From a virus, in IMG/VR virus record IMGVR_UViG_3300000062_000468: a stretch of DNA of 40,830 nt. One strand, 5' to 3'. A model generated the notes under the pieces. It ran no database searches. It saw only the letters and a list, made by a program, of their open reading frames with translations, and was not told where the DNA came from. A program made the translations under genes and the position numbers. Shown piece by piece: positions 21,156 to 28,662 of the stretch. Position 1 is the stretch's first letter, and each line of letters starts with the position of its first letter.

Positions 21156-21214
21156 CCATTATAATACATAAAAAAAATGTTCATGTCAATAGTATGTCCG
21201 GATTTTTATGTATT

Positions 21215-22006
21215 TTAATTAGACATTCTTGGTATAACCTTAATACCATATCTAAAACTACAATCTTCAGTTGTATTACCAGAATAAGCAACTCTTTTTA
21301 TTTCCCTAAGAAATCTATCTTGTCCTGAAAGCAGTTTTAAATTTAAACAATCACGAGCTATAACGGATGGAATAAAATCAGCAAGTTGCAAACAAGAGTT
21401 ATTCTTTTGCTTCGAAATAAAGCGTATAGGCTCTATGAGTCGCTGCACCGCTTCGGCTTTGGTATAGATTGTGCCAATACTCGCTATTTGATAATGTCTC
21501 ATCAACATATGCTTATCCATCGCATCTCTAGACTCATATATAATTTTTCCTTTTGCGTTTTTGGAGTGCAAAAAGTGCGTGAAATTCTCTATTATTATCT
21601 GCATTGATACCAATGATATTTCGTTATGTATATCTTCTGGAAAATGCTCATCAAAAACATCCTTGTTGACAACACAAGCCAGTACATGAATATCATTCTT
21701 CCTAACAACAGTAGCAAGTGAACTATATAATCTTCGCATCACGTTCTTATTATGATAAAAACCTTGATATATTGGGGTGCTCGCCCCTATTCGTTGTTGA
21801 TGATATGCCTATTTTATGTCTTTTTCATGCAATATTATTGATTTTGGGTCTGCGTGAACGCTAGCCCACAAGTTATCTTTTATTTGTTCAATATCCGCCT
21901 TGAGTACAGTTGTCTGTGAATCTTCAATAATAAATCCAGCGATTGCAAAAGTATTTGAGCAGCCATTATCATGAGTCATACTTTCGTCCAAGTATAATGT
22001 GTACAT
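21215..22006 (-). pseudogene. DUF3800 (RNase H-like) protein gene with one in-frame TAG at 21809-21811
   Basis: N-terminal LYLDES and C-terminal LQLADF motifs; ORFs 22006-21809 and 21742-21215 share a frame and the 22 codons between them are open. Confidence 0.8.
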
Positions 22007-22082
22007 ATAATAATACTCCTTAAGTTGATAATATTATTGTACACCATATGAATAAAATCTACAATCGCAATAGTCAATATGA

Positions 22083-22379
22083 TATAATAACACAACAGCC
22101 TATCACGGAATAATCAGTGGAGACTCTGTAATAGGCACAGGCTTCTTGAGTGAATTTAAAGGTGCTTTTAGCGATCTGTTTGGGACAGAATCTAAAGCAT
22201 TTGCGGATAAAATGATTGAAGCTAAGAATGCAGCAAAGCGAAGACTCGTAGAGCAATCTGTATTAGCTGGTGGTAATGCTATTATTGGTGTTGATTTTGA
22301 CTATATTACATTTGCTGGAAATATGTTAGGTGTTAGTGCTAATGGAACTAGTGTGACAATTGAGAAAATGGAAGAGTAG
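22083..22379 (+). pseudogene. YbjQ/UPF0145-family gene, apparently lacking its N-terminus
   Basis: YHGIISGDSVIGTGFLSEF...GGNAIIGVDFDY...VSANGT; similarity runs upstream of the TTG to a TGA with no proper start or RBS. Confidence 0.65.
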
Positions 22380-22387
22380 TATTTAAT

Positions 22388-22687
22388 CTAACGATAGGCG
22401 TAATGTCCTACAATATAATGATGTCCACCAGTTTTCTTAATGAACTTGTAGAATTTAATAGGGTGTAATATATCACGCATGAATCTTTTGTGGTCATATT
22501 TAAAAGATAGTTTGTATTGACGTATATAAGTTTTTATTATCTTCAATGTATATTCAGTCCAAGGAATAGTTCTGAATGAACCAAACTCTTCGGATGTGGT
22601 TATATCTGAATATTTTATACTATTAGGGTTACCAACACCACATGTTTTATCACCTATATAAGCAACAGGTTTATTATTGTTTGACAT
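22388..22687 (-). CDS. Hypothetical protein (99 aa)
   Basis: Strong GGAGGTGA RBS. Confidence 0.6.
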   Translation of the reverse strand: MSNNNKPVAYIGDKTCGVGNPNSIKYSDITTSEEFGSFRTIPWTEYTLKIIKTYIRQYKLSFKYDHKRFMRDILHPIKFYKFIKKTGGHHYIVGHYAYR

Positions 22688-22713
22688 TAAATCACCTCCG
22701 GAGGAATATTATT

Positions 22714-23415
22714 ATGAATAATAATATTGATTTTATTAAAGAAACAACTAGCAATTATGAGCTAGAATATGGTGTAAAAATACCGCCAATAGATATTACA
22801 CCAGAAGATATTGTAAATAACGATGTGGCATATTTTGAGGGTAGAGAATTATACAATGGGATATACAATCTACACGTAGATATATCTAAATTGATGAAAA
22901 GTAGGGATCATGGAGAAGTTATAATATATCACGAACTTACCCATTTGCTAGACTCTCAAAAACTTGTGGATGTGTCAAACTCGTATGAGGATTTTAGAAA
23001 CAAAATTCTTTCTTATTCTGAGTTCCATGCATCAGAGATTGAAATGGCTAAACGCCTTGAAGAAATAAAAGAGTCAGTAAATCGCTACAGCCGCATTCAA
23101 TATGATGGTAGGAAAATTTCAATTGATGATTTTATGAGCAAAACCACAAAGTTTGTTGCTGAAGCTTTCGACAACTTAAATTTTAATAGTGGTTTTGGTT
23201 CACAAATAGTAAGACTGTTTTATCTGTTAGGGTATACGTCGGCGTTAAAGAAGGTGAACTTTCAATACAATCCAGATTTTAGAAAAATAAACCCACTTTA
23301 TCGTCAACATTGTAAAAATCTAAAACAGTTATTACTAACCGATGATGCTTGTGATGTTGATGTTATTGCGTCTGAATTTATGGATATGTTTAACATATTC
23401 GTAACTACGAAATAG
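22714..23415 (+). CDS. Zincin-like metallopeptidase-motif protein (HExxH)
   Basis: YHELTH motif plus downstream SEFHA glutamate; GGAGG RBS before the ATG at 22714. Confidence 0.7.
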   Translation: MNNNIDFIKETTSNYELEYGVKIPPIDITPEDIVNNDVAYFEGRELYNGIYNLHVDISKLMKSRDHGEVIIYHELTHLLDSQKLVDVSNSYEDFRNKILSYSEFHASEIEMAKRLEEIKESVNRYSRIQYDGRKISIDDFMSKTTKFVAEAFDNLNFNSGFGSQIVRLFYLLGYTSALKKVNFQYNPDFRKINPLYRQHCKNLKQLLLTDDACDVDVIASEFMDMFNIFVTTK

Positions 23416-23475
23416 CAGTAGATATGTTAACCATTGTCCGAAGTGTGGTAGGAAGTGGAAGGTTAAGTAATTAAA

Positions 23476-23697
23476 TCAACCTTCTTTATAATCAGGGTCT
23501 AAATATTTTAGTTCGTCGGGAGTAGACATTATGTTTTCCAAGGTATAAGTTGGATATCCGTCACTTATAGAACGGTGCATATTTATTTTAAAAGAATTCC
23601 AATCTTCTTGTAGTTTACCGTCAATGTATATCGAAAACACTTCGCCAGATTCTTTATATTCTTTTGCGGTATTATGTTTAATTAATATTTCTTTCAA
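23476..23697 (-). CDS. Hypothetical protein (73 aa)
   Basis: AAAGGAG RBS with TTG start. Confidence 0.6.
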   Translation of the reverse strand: MKEILIKHNTAKEYKESGEVFSIYIDGKLQEDWNSFKINMHRSISDGYPTYTLENIMSTPDELKYLDPDYKEG

Positions 23698-23733
23698 CTA
23701 AATCAACTCCTTTCAAGAGAGGTAAATAAAATC

Positions 23734-24174
23734 ATGGAAATTAATAACGATTGCATTAGAGATGTTTTAGCACACCTTGTCAATATTCTATATTTAGAAG
23801 TTTGTAGTGATGGTATGCATGGAGAAAATACAAAAACAAATTTATACGAAGTTATCAATCAATTCAAAGGAAAACATGATGAATCGGACGTGTGGTACTC
23901 TGTCGAGATATTAAATGAGATTGGTTACATTCGCATGAAAAACAATAGACCAAAATCCAGAATTATATTAAACCAACAAGAAATCCACCATGTAACCTAC
24001 GCTGGACAACAATTCTATGAACTAACAAAACCAGAAACAATTTGGAAACAAACCAAGGGTGTTCTTACAACAGTTGGTGTTCATACTTTAGAGTTTGTAG
24101 AAAAGATAGCTCATGATATGGCTGTTAAATCTGCCGAGGTTGCGACCAAGATAGCTTTGACAGGACAGGCATAG
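23734..24174 (+). CDS. DUF2513-like winged-helix protein
   Basis: M...DCIRDVL N-terminus and TY.GQQFYE...TIWKQTK motif. Confidence 0.7.
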   Translation: MEINNDCIRDVLAHLVNILYLEVCSDGMHGENTKTNLYEVINQFKGKHDESDVWYSVEILNEIGYIRMKNNRPKSRIILNQQEIHHVTYAGQQFYELTKPETIWKQTKGVLTTVGVHTLEFVEKIAHDMAVKSAEVATKIALTGQA

Positions 24175-24243
24175 TGGTGCTAAATGGAAGCCCGGAAGTA
24201 AAAGGTTGATATGATGAAAGACTTAAGTTGAGAAGATAGGAGA

Positions 24244-24717
24244 GTGGGCAGCATGAACAGTTTAGATATCAGCGATGGTGAAGTTTTACATACTAAGCAT
24301 GGTAAGTTAAAACAAATGAGCGAACCGCTATCACAAATCAAAATAGACCCCATAATTTCACGAGATTATATAAAAGATAATCACGAAAGACAGGGCTTGT
24401 TCGATGTACCCGATTTATCTAGCATTAAGCCTAAGTTGGATGATGAGATATTAGAAGAAACTAAGAAAAACAGGTACGAAAACACTAAAACAAACGCACA
24501 ACTTCAAGTCACCAATCAAATGTTTGACGAATTAAGCCGGACAGTCAAAGAACAATCTGATGAAATATCTCAAATCAAAAAGAAATACAAGAATGAGATT
24601 AAGAGACTCAAAGAAGATGCTAGGTTTGCACAAACTAAAAATTTCATCTCAAATTTGGTTAGCGGTGCAATTGGTGGTATCATTGTATTGGTAATTACTA
24701 AGGTATTAGGTTGGTAA
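24244..24717 (+). CDS. C-terminally membrane-anchored coiled-coil protein with a tape-measure-like N-terminal motif
   Basis: EVLHTKHGKLKQM matches TMP EVLMTKHGMLKQM; C-terminal TM segment LVSGAIGGIIVLVITKVL. Confidence 0.7.
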   Translation: MGSMNSLDISDGEVLHTKHGKLKQMSEPLSQIKIDPIISRDYIKDNHERQGLFDVPDLSSIKPKLDDEILEETKKNRYENTKTNAQLQVTNQMFDELSRTVKEQSDEISQIKKKYKNEIKRLKEDARFAQTKNFISNLVSGAIGGIIVLVITKVLGW

Positions 24718-24799
24718 GAACCCACATTCCTCCACAATAACCAATAACGAAACCGATAACCTGAGCAACAATTTGGTGTATGTCAATATATTTCTTCAT
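24698..24799 (-). CDS. Small hydrophobic peptide (33 aa; MKKYIDIHQIVAQVIGFVIGYCGGMWVLTNLIP)
   Basis: GGAGG RBS, single TM helix; below the ORF-track cutoff. Confidence 0.55.
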   Translation of the reverse strand: MKKYIDIHQIVAQVIGFVIGYCGGMWVLTNLIP

Positions 24800-24840
24800 G
24801 TGTTTCCTCCATTTATTCGTTGTTAATTTGATATATTTGT

Positions 24841-25394
24841 TTATTTTCTCTCTATCGACAAACGCAAGCAACAGTGAGAGAGTAGCACTGTAACTAGCGA
24901 TAAAATTTAAACTACTTAATTAAATAAGTAGACACTTGGACTATACTTTAACAGTCAATAAAATAAGGTTTTTACTGGCTGTGAGGATGGGTAGTCTCTG
25001 AATTTCCATTCTATAAAGTATCCTTATACTATTTTATTAGTTTATGCGATACAACCAGTTTGTCACAAAAGTGGTTTGCTTTTGGGACGAAAAGGGTCGT
25101 CTTAGACTCACTTTGGTTAGAATGTGAACTGCTGATTAAGGCATATTACATATTCGCAATCTATATTTTCAAACCATTGCCGTTTACTGTTGCCAGTTCC
25201 GTTTTGGTTATAGATAACTTCCTATTCCAGCAAAGCAAGATTTTACAACTTGCCAATACTCCTCCGGGTATATTTATAGAACCCCCGTTAATGCAACTTG
25301 TAGACAACACCATATTGTTGTTTCCTTGTTACAAAGTGGACTCACTAAAATCAGATTATATCTGAAAAGTGTAACTCCGTGATTTACTGAGTTA
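24841..25394 (-). ncRNA. Group I ribozyme core (P1-P9)
   Basis: UGCUGG/UCAGCA (P4), CAUUCUA/UAGAAUG (P6a), CAGAGACUA and AAGUAUAGUCC (P7), ACAG.CAGUAAAA/UUUUAUUG.CUGU (P8), CUACUUA/UAAGUAG (P9), GCAA tetraloops in the P5 extension. Confidence 0.9.
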
Positions 25395-27296
25395 ATCCAT
25401 GTTCTTTAAAAAGCTGCCAGTACCAAATATAGCACCGAGTAAACCAAGGCTTCCCGCACCACCACCAAGACCAGCAATGCTAGTTAAAATTCCCAATAAT
25501 GATGTAGCACCATCTATTAAACCTTTAAACATATCAGTGTTTACAAATGTAGTAGAAAATGCTTGCCATTGTGCCTGTAGAGATGCCAGTTTTGCTTCTA
25601 AACTATTCATCCATGTATCTTGCTCGGCTTGAGCGGAACCATCAGATGTTAGAGCGTCTTGATATATCTTATCTATTTGACCATTTTGAAACGCAGAGAT
25701 TATAGCTGCTGTTTGGTTAGCCCGCATTTTGCCGGATACTAATTCAAGTAGTTCAGCCTGCTCTGTTTCTTTAAGATCGCCATAAACAGCAGAAATGTCT
25801 TGGAGAATATCATACACATCTCTAAATTTATTAGGATCATCTTTATCAAAGATATTTACTTTTCCTTTAGTTAAGTTGAGAATTTGAGTTTGCATCTTGC
25901 TAACAGATTCAATACCCTCAGATTCTTCTCCGAGATCCTGAAGTGCCCCGGTCATGCCCCTTAGCCTAAGCATAACTGTACGAAGTCCTTTTCCCATTTC
26001 CTCAGGTGCTTGGGTTATCTCCGAACCACCTACGAGTAATGCATTTGTTTTTTCCATTGAAGTACCAGCAAGAGCAGCGACAGAAGCTACATCTTTTAGA
26101 CCAGCACCAAGACCGGCGGCTGATACAGCGTATTTGTTACTCAAGTTGTTTAACTGGTCAACGATGCCAATTGAATTATTAGATTCAATATTATAAGCCT
26201 TCATAATAGCTGTTAAATCTTGAACGGCAGTTTTATCATCAACATCGCCAACATTGGCATATATTGTACTTACTCTAGCTAAATCTTGCGATTCATTGAG
26301 AGAAAAACCAGTCTTAGCCCACTCAGCAGATTGTGTTATTAAACCAGAAACAGAACGTCCTAATGAAACAGCGTCCTTCTTTGAATTTTCAAAGAATTTT
26401 CCATATTGGTCTTTTGAAGCATCTGTAACCTTATATAAATCTGTCATAGCCGAGTCAACAGCTAAAACTTCTTTTGCCATGCTCTTAGCCATTCTGATGC
26501 CAGCTTGCAATGTAAGATAAGAAGCGGCTAACTTTCCTATGCCAACTATATTACCCTTAATTGATTTATTAACCTCATCAAACTGTTGACTCATTGTTTT
26601 ACCGCTACCCGTTTCTCCAGCGGCTCTTGCGGCGGATTTAATCTCGTCAGCTCTACTATTTAATACTTTCAAATCAACATCGGAGTTTGACTCTCTTTTC
26701 AAAGCGATTATATCTTTTAACTGAGTTTTATATTCTTCACTCAGTCTGATGTTGTTATTTAAAAACACTTCATCCCTGTTGGCAGAGGTAGAACGCTTGT
26801 TTTCAAAAATCTCTTGTTGTGCTATATCTAAATTTTTATAAGATTTAGTTAGCTTGGTTGCATCTTTATTTAACCCATCAAGCGCCGTAGAAGCACCGTC
26901 AGTTTTCACAGTTAAATTTTCATTTAAAGACGCTTGTACTTTTTTCCAATCAGCATCAAGTTCCTTTAGTTCTGACTGGAGTTTATTAATAGAAGCAGTA
27001 TCAGTTTTTGGAGATGCTTGTAAGGTCGCCAATTGTCCTTGTTTAGCCTGAATTGACGCACTTATCTTTTGAAGATTCACCAAATCCTTTTGAGCTGCTT
27101 TTATATTGCTATTATCAACTACAATTTTAGTTCTTATGTCTTTAGGCTTTAATTTATTAATGGCTTCTACAGCTGCCTTGTCTATGTCAAGATTAATTTT
27201 AATACTTTTATCTTTTATAGACTCTATCGTACTTTTTAGCTTATCTAAGCCCTTCATGTCTACATCGACACTAATTTTGGCTCTAAAATCACCCAT
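25395..27296 (-). CDS. Tape measure protein, exon 1 (634 codons; TP901-type core)
   Basis: VDSAMTDLYKVTD, EWAKTGFS, D.LNNLSNKYA and G.GLRTV.LRLRG motifs of the phage tape-measure core; the apparent TAA lies immediately 3' of the predicted 5' splice site. Confidence 0.88.
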
Positions 27297-27449
27297 AGAA
27301 TCACCTTCCTTTCTTAGAATGAGACATTAGAAATGTGTTTATTAAGTAGAAAGACACTGCAGATTTGCAGTGTCAGAAATTATTTTTTTATTCGTTTATA
27401 GTTGCTTGTAATTCATGTTATAATATCACCAGAAAGTGAGGTGATACAT

Positions 27450-27581
27450 ATGCCAACAACAGGACAAAAGCCGGGCGCTGGAACATACACCTGTACTAAT
27501 TGTGGTAAAACTGTAACATTAAATGATGACACAGACACATTAACACCATGCTCTAAATGCCACGGTACAGAATTTGAATAA
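27450..27581 (+). CDS. Small zinc-ribbon protein (43 aa; MPTTGQKPGAGTYTCTNCG...PCSKC)
   Basis: GAGGTGA RBS, TG-TATAAT upstream, two CxxC motifs. Confidence 0.75.
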   Translation: MPTTGQKPGAGTYTCTNCGKTVTLNDDTDTLTPCSKCHGTEFE

Positions 27582-27749
27582 TTAATCATCCAGAGGAAAG
27601 TGTTCGATATTCCAACACTTGCCAAACCACTGCATCCATGTAGAACCGTACTTCTTACCATCCATTGTGTATTTAGTGCGGTAGGGCAGTGGTAATAATT
27701 GCTTTAGTAAAAATTCTATCTTGTTATATACTCTTCTTTTTTGTGTCAT
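27582..27749 (-). CDS. Hypothetical protein (55 aa)
   Basis: GGAGG RBS; MTQKRRVYNK...WMQWFGKCWNIEHFPLDD; its stop abuts the stop of the zinc-ribbon gene. Confidence 0.55.
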   Translation of the reverse strand: MTQKRRVYNKIEFLLKQLLPLPYRTKYTMDGKKYGSTWMQWFGKCWNIEHFPLDD

Positions 27750-27886
27750 AATATTTCCTCCGCTTATCCATAAAATTAGTAATTTATTTCTGTTAATAAG
27801 TTTCTATCCGTTCATTCTTTCAACCATTGTCGTTAAATCAATTATCCCTTATAATATGAATATCAAAATATGAAAGGATATTACTT

Positions 27887-28063
27887 ATGACTGAAAGCGA
27901 AAAGAGAGCGCATGATTTAGCAGTGTTGATGGTTGAATTTAAAGTAGGCATTGGCGACGTTAAACTATCAGTACACGATTCGTACAAAGACACATTTAAA
28001 GAGTACAAACGGGCGTACTCTGCATATCTTCTTGAACTACAGAAGTTGGATAAACAAACATAG
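27887..28063 (+). CDS. Hypothetical protein (58 aa; MTESEKRAHDLAV...)
   Basis: GAAAGGA RBS and TTGTCG-N17-TATAAT promoter (27827-27855). Confidence 0.6.
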   Translation: MTESEKRAHDLAVLMVEFKVGIGDVKLSVHDSYKDTFKEYKRAYSAYLLELQKLDKQT

Positions 28064-28232
28064 TGGTGTTATTACATTTAGCCAGCCCCTTTTGTAGATA
28101 GTATTCTGCATCATGTATGAATACTTCAATTTCACTTACAGTGAAGCCCTCTTTTTCACAATGTTGAAATATTACATCAACGAGGGCTTCTATTTTTTCT
28201 TGTCTTGCTTCTCTATCTAATATGTTTTTCAT
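27996..28232 (-). CDS. Hypothetical protein (78 aa)
   Basis: ORF in the late-operon direction with a GAAGGA RBS. Confidence 0.5.
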   Translation of the reverse strand: MKNILDREARQEKIEALVDVIFQHCEKEGFTVSEIEVFIHDAEYYLQKGLAKCNNTTMFVYPTSVVQEDMQSTPVCTL

Positions 28233-28258
28233 CTTATTTCCTTCATTTATTCTTTATC

Positions 28259-28651
28259 TTAAATCCTACTAGCTACAGCAGAATTTAAAACAGCTTGTAT
28301 CTGAGACTCTGTTCTACTCCAAAAGTCACCAAGACCTAATATTCCAGCACCGCCATTTTCGGCTTGCTCCACAACAGTCGCTTTAGAAAATGTACCAGTA
28401 CCATAACCAGACCCCAAATCTATATAAACTTCGGCAAAAGCACCAGAACCACCACTAGATACACCAGTTCTTTTTCCCGATGTACCTAGATTAAAGGTTC
28501 GTTGATACATAGTAGGGCTTCCGCTACCATAGAAACCGTGTAAAGCATGTTGTAGTACAGTAAATGACTTCTCAGTAGCTTCTTCAACCGCATCCCTAGC
28601 AATTGCTTTAAAGTGCTGTTCGATAGCACCCATACTTGTAAAAACAGGCAT
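28259..28651 (-). CDS. HK97 gp10-like neck/tail completion protein
   Basis: Y....P..YQRT..L motif; position before the tape measure. Confidence 0.5.
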   Translation of the reverse strand: MPVFTSMGAIEQHFKAIARDAVEEATEKSFTVLQHALHGFYGSGSPTMYQRTFNLGTSGKRTGVSSGGSGAFAEVYIDLGSGYGTGTFSKATVVEQAENGGAGILGLGDFWSRTESQIQAVLNSAVASRI

Positions 28652-28662
28652 TTAAATCACCT

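Larger units (their letters stand above)
18821..25394 (-). mobile_element. Giant (6,574 nt) group I intron in the tape measure gene carrying accessory cargo
   Basis: IGS 25337-25350 pairs with both exon ends; P4 elements at 25227-25232 and 25130-25135; P7 elements at 24992-25000 and 24938-24948; terminal G at 18821; long-range closing helix 24842-24861 with 18844-18885; in-frame ligation. Confidence 0.88.

Noticed and set aside
21809-21811. Genome-wide TAG recoding
   Set aside because: Portal, terminase and several other genes end at TAG directly before the next gene, so TAG functions as stop.
18886-24841. Homing endonuclease, transposase (IStron) or reverse transcriptase in the intron
   Set aside because: No HNH, GIY-YIG, LAGLIDADG, TnpA/TnpB or YADD motif recognised in any cargo ORF; a remote homologue cannot be excluded without a search.
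18821-25394. DNA-level excision element (skin-like) or split intein restoring the TMP
   Set aside because: No recombinase gene or direct-repeat att core at the junctions, and no intein terminal motifs on either half.
12122-27296. Two independent tape-measure genes, or a TMP pseudogene broken by an insertion
   Set aside because: The exact IGS pairing to both ends, in-frame ligation, ribozyme core and missing RBS on the second ORF fit splicing better; both exons are free of internal stops.
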